Shown here one piece after another: positions 32,091 to 41,183 of a stretch of DNA of 64,000 bases. Numbering within the stretch: position 1 is the first letter of the stretch; each line of letters starts with the position of its first letter. The notes beneath the pieces are model-generated. The model was not told the origin of the DNA. It saw only the letters and a program-made list of their open reading frames with translations, and did not search any database. The stretch lies in the IMG/VR virus record IMGVR_UViG_3300032030_002018; one strand, given 5' to 3'. A program made the position numbers and the translations under genes. The DNA is from a virus (taxonomy: Duplodnaviria > Caudoviricetes).

Positions 32091-32953
32091 TGATGAGAAG
32101 ACCGCATTTATTAAAGGAAAATACAACAGTACTACCAAATGGTTATACCAAAATTGACAACTTCAGTGAGTTTGCAGATTTCATCAAACCAAACAAACCT
32201 GAGGAAATTTGGTTCGTTCAAATTATGAGGAGAAAAAAAGACCACGAAAACGACCCAAACGATACTTGGAAGTATTATCAAGGATACGCTATAATAGACA
32301 CGAAAATAATACACACAGCAAACGAGCTTGAAATGCTCAAACCCGATATAATCAATGCTTGTGAAAAAAACGGTGCAAGAGCATACATCTTCCTTAATAG
32401 GAGAAACCTTAACACAGCAAACGAATATATCAAGGTCGGAGAATCAAGAGGGTGGTTCGACAAAGGCGGCAGATTCTACCATCATAGAAATCATAAATTA
32501 GCATTCGTTCTAGGACAGAAAAAAGATTTTGCGTCTAGACCAATATGCTTCCTTGACGTTGACAAAAATGACCCAAAGGTGTTCACAATAGTTGACGAAG
32601 TACTCAAATCAGTAGGAATCACACCAATGGTGAAGTATCGAACAGCAAGCCTTGGTATGCACTATATACTGTCAGATAAAGAAGTTGTTATAGCAAAGAA
32701 AATAGCTGATATACTGAACAAAAAACTTGACAAAGGAAGAGATTACGGAAGATGGGCAACATCAGGAATACATTATGACTGTCCAAACATCCTATATCTC
32801 AACCTTATGCCAAATAACTACCAAAGGGAAGAAAGAAAAGTCAAAGAACTTGAACAACTATACGATAGAAGAGAACAAATGATTAAAAACGGACAAAACA
32901 CTAGGTGGATTGATAAACAAATATACGACCAATGCGGAGCCTGGCCGAAATAA
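32090..32953 (+). CDS. Primase-polymerase (AEP)-like protein
   Basis: FLDVD...RTASLGMHY resembles AEP motifs I and II. Confidence 0.45.
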   Translation: MMRRPHLLKENTTVLPNGYTKIDNFSEFADFIKPNKPEEIWFVQIMRRKKDHENDPNDTWKYYQGYAIIDTKIIHTANELEMLKPDIINACEKNGARAYIFLNRRNLNTANEYIKVGESRGWFDKGGRFYHHRNHKLAFVLGQKKDFASRPICFLDVDKNDPKVFTIVDEVLKSVGITPMVKYRTASLGMHYILSDKEVVIAKKIADILNKKLDKGRDYGRWATSGIHYDCPNILYLNLMPNNYQREERKVKELEQLYDRREQMIKNGQNTRWIDKQIYDQCGAWPK

Positions 32954-32955
32954 TA

Positions 32956-33903
32956 TTACATTCCAACGTTTAATTCATATTTAATTGGTTTATCTGGATG
33001 ATAGTCAACGATTTCAAAATCATCATATTTCAAATCGTCAATATCATCCAGTTTTCTTTTAATAAGAAGTTTTGGCTGTATATCACTTCCACTCCTTGAT
33101 AACTGCTCCATTGCACCTTCAATATGATTCTCATATATATGAACATCCCCGCCAACATATAACAATTTGCCAACCTCCATATCACATATATTTGCAATTA
33201 TATACGTTAATATGGCATATTGTGTTATATTATATGGATTTCCGCAGCATATATCATTAGAACGCATATTGAACATACAAGACAACTCCCTCCTACCATT
33301 ATCAAGTTTTCTTGTGTAAAATTGAAACATTGTGTGACAAGGTGGTAAAGCAACATTATCAGCAACATCAGGATTGAAAGCAACACACAGCATTCTCCTG
33401 TTATCAGGGTCTGTCTTTAAAGTGTTTATTATGTTTTTTATCTGGTCAACACCATTTACGCCAAAACTCCTCCAAGACTTACCATATATATCACCCAAAT
33501 CACCAAAAATATATCTTTTGAAAATATTTATCTTCTTATCCTTTACCCAAGTCTGTCTTGATTTCAATACATTATCCAAAAACTCTTCCTTTGACATTGG
33601 AATTTCATCATAGAAAGAACAAAACCAACGATACGCATCATCATCCCATATATGAACATTGTTTTCAACAAGATACTTGATATTAGTATCACCTTTTAAA
33701 AACCATAATAACTCGTGAATTATACCCTTATAATACACACGCTTTGTTGTCAATATTGGCAAACCTTCTGATAAATCAAATTCCATACATACGCCAAATA
33801 TAGACCTAACCTTGCCAGACCTTGCTTCCTTTACATTACCAGTTTCAATAATCTCTCTCAATAACTTATTGTATAAAGCATCATAATTTGTCATAATTAT
33901 CAC
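32956..33903 (-). CDS. thyA: Thymidylate synthase
   Basis: PILTTKRV..ELLWFL.G, DLGDIYG, ALPPCH, RSND...GNPYN, DVHIYENH. Confidence 0.97.
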   Translation of the reverse strand: MIIMTNYDALYNKLLREIIETGNVKEARSGKVRSIFGVCMEFDLSEGLPILTTKRVYYKGIIHELLWFLKGDTNIKYLVENNVHIWDDDAYRWFCSFYDEIPMSKEEFLDNVLKSRQTWVKDKKINIFKRYIFGDLGDIYGKSWRSFGVNGVDQIKNIINTLKTDPDNRRMLCVAFNPDVADNVALPPCHTMFQFYTRKLDNGRRELSCMFNMRSNDICCGNPYNITQYAILTYIIANICDMEVGKLLYVGGDVHIYENHIEGAMEQLSRSGSDIQPKLLIKRKLDDIDDLKYDDFEIVDYHPDKPIKYELNVGM

Positions 33904-34005
33904 ATTTTTTTTGGCTAAATATATATGAAATTATCGTGAAAAACAAATATTTTCGGATATTTTTAGCCAGTTTCTAATATTTAATATTATAGATTGAAAT
34001 AATTA

Positions 34006-34450
34006 ATAAACTAGATATCAAAATAAATATGAAAAGAAGAATTAGACTAACAGAATCTGACCTGCACAGAATCATAAATCGGTCAGTGAAAAGAACGCTT
34101 AACGAGATTAGAGATACCGCTGAGACTTTTGGAGAATTTGCAGATACACCTTATCGAACACTTCACACTGGTTTAAAGAGTAAAAAAGAACAGATGGATT
34201 CTGATTGGGAAGACCTTGATGAATACTATCCATTCGGACACGGTAGATATCCTGCTGATTATGATGCTTCTGAATTGGCTCGTCTAAATTATGAAGATTG
34301 GAATCCTAGCCAACTTGATAACCAACATATACACGACTTTTATTTGGATAGATAATAATTTATAAACTAGATAACAAAATAAATATGAAAAGAAGAATTA
34401 GACTAACAGAATCTGACTTGCACAGAATCGTAAATCGGTCAGTGAAAAGA
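34006..34450 (+). repeat. 89-bp direct repeat (translation-initiation region plus tag coding sequence)
   Basis: 34006-34094 vs 34362-34450, 3 mismatches, ending at the end of the tag. Confidence 0.92.
34029..34355 (+). CDS. Tag-family protein
   Basis: MKRRIRLTESDLHRIINRSVKRTLNE plus unique acidic cargo. Confidence 0.85.
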   Translation: MKRRIRLTESDLHRIINRSVKRTLNEIRDTAETFGEFADTPYRTLHTGLKSKKEQMDSDWEDLDEYYPFGHGRYPADYDASELARLNYEDWNPSQLDNQHIHDFYLDR

Positions 34451-34648
34451 GTGTTAAAAGACAACATATTTGAATCATCAATGAATGATACTTACTCATT
34501 TAGACAGTTTAGAAACTCTATGTGGAATACCATTGATGATGCGTTAAAAAGAACATTTAGAGAATTTGTTCAATATGTAGGAGACGGATGGGAGGTAACT
34601 AACCCAAATAATGAAGAAGAGTTTATTCATATAACTTTCGGAGATTAA
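34385..34648 (+). CDS. Tag-family protein
   Basis: MKRRIRLTESDLHRIVNRSVKRVLK...IFE plus unique cargo. Confidence 0.85.
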   Translation: MKRRIRLTESDLHRIVNRSVKRVLKDNIFESSMNDTYSFRQFRNSMWNTIDDALKRTFREFVQYVGDGWEVTNPNNEEEFIHITFGD

Positions 34649-34726
34649 TGCAATAAATCAAACTATTTTCTCTTTATATTATCCGGAATAATATTATATT
34701 ATATATATAAAATATTATTTAATATT

Positions 34727-35182
34727 ATGTCTAAATTATATAGTTATTATTCTGATAATATTGACAGGGCTTGGTACAAAAGTTCTAATATTCTTTACAG
34801 TGAGTGTATTGACAATGACAATGAATTAAAGACATTGAAGGTTGTTTTCAACAATGGTTCTGAATATCAGTATGATAAAGTTGATGTGAGGGATTATTTA
34901 CTGTTCAGGGAAAGCGATTCACAGGGAAAGACGTTCAACAGACTGATTAAAGAGAAAAAGTATGAGTATTCCAAGATTGGTGATGCTGATTTGGACAAAA
35001 TTAATGAGGAGTATGTGTTTAGAAGTGGAAACGGAGTTACAATCAAATATGACAATGACGGAATACTTGTAACAGACACAAAAGAAAATATCCTTGTAAA
35101 CCAAAGAGTGCCATTCAATGATGAACAAGTGAAAGTAATTGCTGAACTACTTGAAAATATTGGATATAAAGTACGGTGTTAA
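34727..35182 (+). CDS. KTSC-like domain protein
   Basis: SSNI...LKVVFNNGSEYQYDKV...S.GKTFNRLIK. Confidence 0.6.
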   Translation: MSKLYSYYSDNIDRAWYKSSNILYSECIDNDNELKTLKVVFNNGSEYQYDKVDVRDYLLFRESDSQGKTFNRLIKEKKYEYSKIGDADLDKINEEYVFRSGNGVTIKYDNDGILVTDTKENILVNQRVPFNDEQVKVIAELLENIGYKVRC

Positions 35183-35184
35183 AA

Positions 35185-35215
35185 AAATGGATGACTTTTA
35201 TGTGGTCATCCATTT
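35185..35215 (+). terminator. Intrinsic terminator
   Basis: aaatggatgac...gtcatccattt. Confidence 0.65.
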
Positions 35216-35278
35216 ATTGTTTAATAATATATCACCAAAGTTTGACTATTTCAAATAAATAGTTATTTTTTATAAAAA

Positions 35279-37759
35279 ATGAGTTTTAATGATGGAATAT
35301 ACACACCTGAATTCAATAATGTCATAGAGTATATGATTGAGACATTATCAGCAGAATTCCCAACGGATGTCATAACATCTGAATACCTTATCACTTCGAT
35401 ATTGGATAATAAATACTGCCACGCAAATATGATATTATCCAAATGCCTTTCAAATGAAAATGTGCAAAGGCTGAAAGATATATATACAGAATACCTTAGT
35501 AACTATTATGACCCCTCAATCAAGCATAATGGAAATTCAGCCACATTCAGTCAGGAATTAGACTTCATAATGAACAGACTGAATGATGAGAGAGTTAATA
35601 CAAAAAGCACTATCATAGGTACTGAACATATATTACTTACAATACTAAACCCATCGAACAACATAAAAGCATCTGGCGTTTTTCAATCTATGGGATTGTT
35701 ATATGACGACCTTTTAAACAAATGCACAGAAAGAAGACTAAATAAACCTGTTAAATATGTGGGGAATAGAATGAACGGTATAAACAGCCCATCAATGGAA
35801 ATACCAGCAAAGGGTGCTACAAACCAAATGGCAATAACGACAAGCAATGATTTCATAAAGAAATACACAATAAACCTAAATGAAAAATACTCCAAAGGCG
35901 AATATGATGAATTGATTGGGAGGGAAAATGAAAAGGGTCAGATTATCAAGGCTTTGATGAGAAGGAAGAAAAACAACGCGATACTGATTGGTGACAGCGG
36001 TGTTGGAAAAACCGCTATAATCCAAGGTATAGCAGAACTTATCGTTAAGAATGAAGTACCTGACACATTGAAAGACAAACAAATGCTTATGTTGGATATT
36101 ATGACACTCATAAGCGGTACAAACCTGAGGGGTATGTTTGAGGAAAGAGTCAAAGGACTTTTTGATGAAATCAAGTCTTCAAATAAATATATTCTTGTAA
36201 TTGACGATATACATACAATAATCAAAAACGGACAAAAGGAAAAGGATACTGATATATCAGGAATGATAAACGATATATTATCAGGTGGAGAAGTCAGAGT
36301 AATAGCTTCAACTACGTTTAAAGATTACAGAAACAGCATTGAGCCTAATTCCTCAATATCAAAGAAATTCCAAAACGTAATCATAGAACCGCTGAATAAA
36401 TCACAGGCACTTGAAGTCATATTGTCAAACAAATCATATTATGAGGGTTTCCATAACGTCAAATATTCAGAAGAAACCTGCAAGAAGGCTGTTGAACTTG
36501 CTGATAGGTATATAACTGACAGGAAATTGCCTGATTCAGCGTTTGATATCATAGACCTCTCAGGTGCGTATATGTCATATAAGACAAAACCAAAAACAGA
36601 CCCGTCAAAGTTAATAAGAGTTAAAGAACTTGAAGAAGAGGAGCAAATAGCAATGAATCGAGGTGACTTTGAGAAAGTTGAGGAACTATCAAAGGAAAAA
36701 AATACAATCAATAAAGAAATTGCTGATGATAAAAGGAATATATCAGACAATCCATTTGAAATAACAGAAAACGACGTTGCGTATACCGTATCAGAAATGA
36801 CAAATATACCAATGTCAAAACTAACCTCTGACGAAAAAAAGAAAATAGCGAATATTGGAGAAATACTCAAAGAACATATCATAGGACAAGACGAAGCGAT
36901 TGATTCTGTATGCCAAGTGATAAAGAGAAACAAGGTAGGGCTTGGTGACAAGAGCAAGACACAGGGAGTATTCCTTCTTGAAGGAAAGTCTGGTGTTGGA
37001 AAGACATTACTTGCAAAGATGTTGGCAAAGGAGATATACGGTGACGAGAACGCTCTTGTAAGAATTGATATGTCAGAGTATTCTGAAAAGAATTCTGTAA
37101 GCAAACTAAATGGAACAAGTCAAGGATATATCGGATACGAGGACGGAGGAATACTTACAAACGCAATCAAAAAGAAACCATACTGCGTCATATTGTTAGA
37201 TGAGATAGAAAAGGCTAACGACGAAGTATATAACATATTCCTGCAATTATTTGATGAGGGAAGGTTGACGGAAAGTAATGGAAATGTTGTCAATTTCAAA
37301 AACACAATGATACTTATGACATCTAATATCGGCGCAAGAGAAGTATCAGAATTTGGCGGAGGTGTTGGTTTCTCAATAAATAAATCAGCAAACGCAAAAT
37401 CAATTATAGATAAGAACATAAAGAGAAAGTTCAGCCCAGAATTCATAAATAGAATTGATAAAATAGTGCATTTCAATGACTTGAATGAAGAAAACCTCAG
37501 GAAAATCGTTGAAATAGAAATAGGTAAGTTAAGAAAAAGGCTAAATGAAATTGGATATGACCTTGAATGCACAGAATCTGCGTTGAGTTATGTACACAAG
37601 AGGTCGATTGAAGAGAAGGATATGGGAGCAAGACCAATAATAAGACTTGTTCAAACAATTATTGAGGACAAGATTACAGACCTTATCCTTGAAAATGATT
37701 ATGATAAAAATCATAAGTTCATTGTTGATTATATTGATGAGAAAGTATCAATTATATAA
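35279..37759 (+). CDS. clpC: ClpC-like Hsp100 AAA+ ATPase
   Basis: Clp-N repeats (GTEHILL), GDSGVGKT, short UVR-like middle domain, GKSGVGKT, RIDMSEY, GYIGYE, LLDEIEKA, VGF loop, PEFINRID, GARPI. Confidence 0.88.
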   Translation: MSFNDGIYTPEFNNVIEYMIETLSAEFPTDVITSEYLITSILDNKYCHANMILSKCLSNENVQRLKDIYTEYLSNYYDPSIKHNGNSATFSQELDFIMNRLNDERVNTKSTIIGTEHILLTILNPSNNIKASGVFQSMGLLYDDLLNKCTERRLNKPVKYVGNRMNGINSPSMEIPAKGATNQMAITTSNDFIKKYTINLNEKYSKGEYDELIGRENEKGQIIKALMRRKKNNAILIGDSGVGKTAIIQGIAELIVKNEVPDTLKDKQMLMLDIMTLISGTNLRGMFEERVKGLFDEIKSSNKYILVIDDIHTIIKNGQKEKDTDISGMINDILSGGEVRVIASTTFKDYRNSIEPNSSISKKFQNVIIEPLNKSQALEVILSNKSYYEGFHNVKYSEETCKKAVELADRYITDRKLPDSAFDIIDLSGAYMSYKTKPKTDPSKLIRVKELEEEEQIAMNRGDFEKVEELSKEKNTINKEIADDKRNISDNPFEITENDVAYTVSEMTNIPMSKLTSDEKKKIANIGEILKEHIIGQDEAIDSVCQVIKRNKVGLGDKSKTQGVFLLEGKSGVGKTLLAKMLAKEIYGDENALVRIDMSEYSEKNSVSKLNGTSQGYIGYEDGGILTNAIKKKPYCVILLDEIEKANDEVYNIFLQLFDEGRLTESNGNVVNFKNTMILMTSNIGAREVSEFGGGVGFSINKSANAKSIIDKNIKRKFSPEFINRIDKIVHFNDLNEENLRKIVEIEIGKLRKRLNEIGYDLECTESALSYVHKRSIEEKDMGARPIIRLVQTIIEDKITDLILENDYDKNHKFIVDYIDEKVSII

Positions 37760-37774
37760 AAAATGTTAAATAAT

Positions 37775-37806
37775 TTTGGAAAATAATTTTTTAATGTATA
37801 TATTTG
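37775..37806 (+). promoter_or_regulatory. Bacteroidota-type sigma-A promoter
   Basis: TTTG(37775)-N20-TATATTTG(37799); ATG at 37810 suggests a near-leaderless mRNA. Confidence 0.7.
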
Positions 37807-37809
37807 CCG

Positions 37810-38403
37810 ATGAAATTCAAAAACAAACTGATATACAACAATATATCAAAAGAAGAATTGTTGGATAACATACTAATAACAAGCACAACGCCAAATGACA
37901 TACCATATATATTATCAATATTGAAAGACGGTTTCAATATGAATGGATATGGTGAGACATTCAGACAGATTGTTGAATCATCAATGGATTTATTCAATTC
38001 TGTTAAGGCAATTGACAAAAGAGACGGTACAATATATGGATTGCTTATGTTCTCACATTATCCATTAAAATATGGAACACCATTACCGTTGTCAAATGGA
38101 AAACTATCAAGATATCTTGAACAATATGAAGGGATAGACGGTCATTCATTCATTTTGGACGAAAGATTAAGAGGAACAGGCATCGACAATAAAATGCTAC
38201 ATTATAATGATACATACTTCTACGGAAATGATATTGATTATATATGGTGCGGAGTTGGAAAAGAATACAATACAGAACATTATTGGGAAAGAAAAGGATT
38301 TATAAAGATATGCGAAATACCAGATGAGGCATCATTCTATATATACCCATTAAATGAAGATATTGAATTTGATATAACAAGATTTTACGAATTACCAAAA
38401 TAA
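37810..38403 (+). CDS. GNAT-family acetyltransferase
   Basis: ILDERLRGTGI (motif A) and YWERKGF (motif B). Confidence 0.7.
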   Translation: MKFKNKLIYNNISKEELLDNILITSTTPNDIPYILSILKDGFNMNGYGETFRQIVESSMDLFNSVKAIDKRDGTIYGLLMFSHYPLKYGTPLPLSNGKLSRYLEQYEGIDGHSFILDERLRGTGIDNKMLHYNDTYFYGNDIDYIWCGVGKEYNTEHYWERKGFIKICEIPDEASFYIYPLNEDIEFDITRFYELPK

Positions 38404-38405
38404 AA

Positions 38406-38912
38406 ATGAAAAACATAACAATAGAATTAATAAAAGATATAGTAAATGAATCCGTTGATGATGTATTGAAGAGGATTGGTTTAATCAATGAATACGCAAT
38501 TCCTTTAAAAGGATATAGAGCAAGGGTAGATGGGTTGCGATTTCAATTAGTGGAAAATTGGTGTCTTTGCAAATGGTGTCAATTGCTTAATCCTGAATGT
38601 GAGAACTTTGCTCATTGGATGACTGAATTAAAGGCTTGTATTGATAATTTGAAATTCATTGATATTAAAAACGGAATTAACAAAAGAAGAACACTACTGC
38701 GAATGTTAATTAATGATTATGATTACAACAACCCAAATATGATTGAAAGAATAATCAGAGGCAAATTTGTTATTGAGAATATAAATGATAATAATCAAAA
38801 AATTCGTGTTTGCACAGAATTCGCAGATAATATAAATGATTTAATTGATGTTATTTCAATTGATGCAATTGATACTAATGAATATTTAGAAAACACATTT
38901 AGTACAGATTGA
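38406..38912 (+). CDS. Hypothetical protein with loose tag (IKDIVNESVDDVL...INE)
   Basis: 168-aa ORF. Confidence 0.7.
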   Translation: MKNITIELIKDIVNESVDDVLKRIGLINEYAIPLKGYRARVDGLRFQLVENWCLCKWCQLLNPECENFAHWMTELKACIDNLKFIDIKNGINKRRTLLRMLINDYDYNNPNMIERIIRGKFVIENINDNNQKIRVCTEFADNINDLIDVISIDAIDTNEYLENTFSTD

Positions 38913-38958
38913 TAAAAAAAACAAAGTATCTGATATTTATATATAAAAGGACTATTTT

Positions 38959-39318
38959 ATGAAAGTCATATTGACAGAAGAACAAGAAAGAAAATTGGTT
39001 AGACATTTAATCAAAGAATCATATAACTATCCAGATAAGGTGCTGTTGGTCAAGAAGTTCCTTGACCAACACTTTTCTAGGGCAACATATGATTCAGAGG
39101 ATGAGAATGGAAAACCGTCAGAGAAACAAGTTGTTGCTTGGATGAACAGCAGCAATGAGGCTGTTAAGACATATACAGATGTCCAACTGTTCGAAATGCT
39201 TCAAGAGGAATTCAAGACAATATTATCAGATACAAAAGAAAGAGATGAATTCCTTAAAAAAATAATAAAAGCGTGGTATAATAAGAAAATTGATAACAAC
39301 GGAATTATAAAACAATAA
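38959..39318 (+). CDS. Hypothetical protein with tag variant (MKVILTEEQ...LIKE)
   Basis: 119-aa ORF; TATTTAT at 38934. Confidence 0.7.
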   Translation: MKVILTEEQERKLVRHLIKESYNYPDKVLLVKKFLDQHFSRATYDSEDENGKPSEKQVVAWMNSSNEAVKTYTDVQLFEMLQEEFKTILSDTKERDEFLKKIIKAWYNKKIDNNGIIKQ

Positions 39319-39425
39319 ATAATAACCGCGGAACAAATAAACGCCGTAACTCTTAAAACCTCTCATATCAAGGCGTTTATAAGGTATCTATATGATATCT
39401 ACCGCAACTTAAAAACAAAATTAAA

Positions 39426-39887
39426 ATGAGAAGAAAAAATTTTTTTATGGCATTATTGCTATTATTGATGTCGATTATTTCGACAAGTGCGCAAACAATC
39501 AACAAAGACAGTGTTGTCAGTGAGAAATTCAATTGGAATTATGTAATTGACGCAATCGCAAAAGTGGAAAGCGGAGGCAATCCAAAGGCAGTATCAAGTA
39601 ATGGATTATATGTTGGACTATTGCAAATCTCAACAGGATGCGTTAAACAGTGCAATATTATCCTTTCAAGAAAGGGAAGCAAAAAACGCTTCACAAACAA
39701 TGACAGATACAACGCCGAAAAATCAAAGGAAATGTTCGTTATTATGCAAAACGAATATAACCCTGAATGCAATATCGAAAAAGCGATAAGAATGTGGAAC
39801 GGAGGACCAAAATACAAAATCGCATCAACAAATGGGTACTATAGGAAAGTAATGAGACATTATTTGGCAAAAACAGAAAACAAATAA
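39426..39887 (+). CDS. Secreted lytic transglycosylase (lysozyme-like)
   Basis: Signal peptide ending STSA-Q; IAKVESGGNPKAVS..GLLQI; AIRMWNGG. Confidence 0.85.
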   Translation: MRRKNFFMALLLLLMSIISTSAQTINKDSVVSEKFNWNYVIDAIAKVESGGNPKAVSSNGLYVGLLQISTGCVKQCNIILSRKGSKKRFTNNDRYNAEKSKEMFVIMQNEYNPECNIEKAIRMWNGGPKYKIASTNGYYRKVMRHYLAKTENK

Positions 39888-39895
39888 ATATAAAA

Positions 39896-39937
39896 AAATC
39901 CACTGATAAACATTTTTTATTGAATATCAGTGGATTT
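39896..39937. terminator. Terminator hairpin, ATCCACTGA family
   Basis: aaatccactgata...tatcagtggattt between convergent genes; sister hairpin at 44590-44621. Confidence 0.7.
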
Positions 39938-39944
39938 ATTGTTT

Positions 39945-41183
39945 TTATATATCCAAATCTATATCTAAATTATTTAAATCTCCAAAATCAATATTTTCAG
40001 TATCGTTTGATACATCCTCATCATTATCAACCCATTTTGGCTTTTTCTTATCATTATCTTGATTCATATTCTCCAATTCCTGTTTCTTTTGATAATATAT
40101 GTTCATACTGAACTGTCTTAAAGGACATATCATAATATCCTTATCATAAACATTATCATCCTCACCAAGATATATGTAAAACTCTCCGTCTTCCAATTGT
40201 TTTACTATGAAACCAACTCCATCAATGACAACACTTGTCCCTTCAGGAATGAATCTATCAGGAGCGTCATCAAACCATACATTCGTCATTGGAATACCAA
40301 TTACCCTTCCATCAATATATCGCTTATAATCCTTCCTGTATAAGTAATTTTTCTTTCCACCCTTTTCCACCAAAGCGAAATCGCCATAAAAATAAGGCAT
40401 TAGAAAATCATAATAAGCATTTGAATACCCTAATTTCCTATAAGTCTTGACATCATAATCATACTCGACATTAAGTTCCATCCAAATGTCCTCATTGTTA
40501 ATAGCATAGTCAAAATAATGCGCACCAATCTTTATAGGCTTGAAACTTTTACCATAATTAGAACTAACACCTACAGGTAACAGTCTTCTGAAATTCTTTG
40601 GCATTACAACAAAACCATCACCTCGACCGTGATAAATATACCCCTTAATCTTTCTGTTACTAACAGGATAGTTCCTTAACAGAGAAATTAAAGTCTGCAA
40701 CGGAACACGACCACTATGCCACATATCGTGACTATTCACTATCGTATGATATTCCCTACTATGATTAGTCTTTATGTCATTCAAATCCCTTCTGTCCAAC
40801 AAAACCTCAAGCTGGTCCTTTATCCTCCAATTACTACCGTATACATTTCTCGCAATATTAATATCATATATCACAAAATCCTCAAAACCATTTCCCACTA
40901 ACTTGAATTTCAACATTGCGTGACCATATATACCAGCTCTGTGGTTTCTGTCATAATTAGGGTCGTCTACCTCAGAACGTGGGTCTATTGACGGCCAGAA
41001 TGTAGTATATACAACAGGACCGAAAGCAGTACTGTTCTTGTTTAGAAAAAACCTCTCAAAACCAGTTCTCGCCATACTCTCGACAGCATTGACATCAGTC
41101 ATATGATAAAGGTATATTCCACCATTCTCATATCCTTCATTCAATACATTCCTGACAACATTACAAAATAAATCCATACGCAT
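39945..41183 (-). CDS. Putative ADP-ribosyltransferase-fold protein
   Basis: After VVRNVLNE: LYHMT...ES..RTGF...FGPVVYTT, resembling the HxT / GxGxYxT core of H-Y-type ARTs. Confidence 0.55.
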   Translation of the reverse strand: MRMDLFCNVVRNVLNEGYENGGIYLYHMTDVNAVESMARTGFERFFLNKNSTAFGPVVYTTFWPSIDPRSEVDDPNYDRNHRAGIYGHAMLKFKLVGNGFEDFVIYDINIARNVYGSNWRIKDQLEVLLDRRDLNDIKTNHSREYHTIVNSHDMWHSGRVPLQTLISLLRNYPVSNRKIKGYIYHGRGDGFVVMPKNFRRLLPVGVSSNYGKSFKPIKIGAHYFDYAINNEDIWMELNVEYDYDVKTYRKLGYSNAYYDFLMPYFYGDFALVEKGGKKNYLYRKDYKRYIDGRVIGIPMTNVWFDDAPDRFIPEGTSVVIDGVGFIVKQLEDGEFYIYLGEDDNVYDKDIMICPLRQFSMNIYYQKKQELENMNQDNDKKKPKWVDNDEDVSNDTENIDFGDLNNLDIDLDI

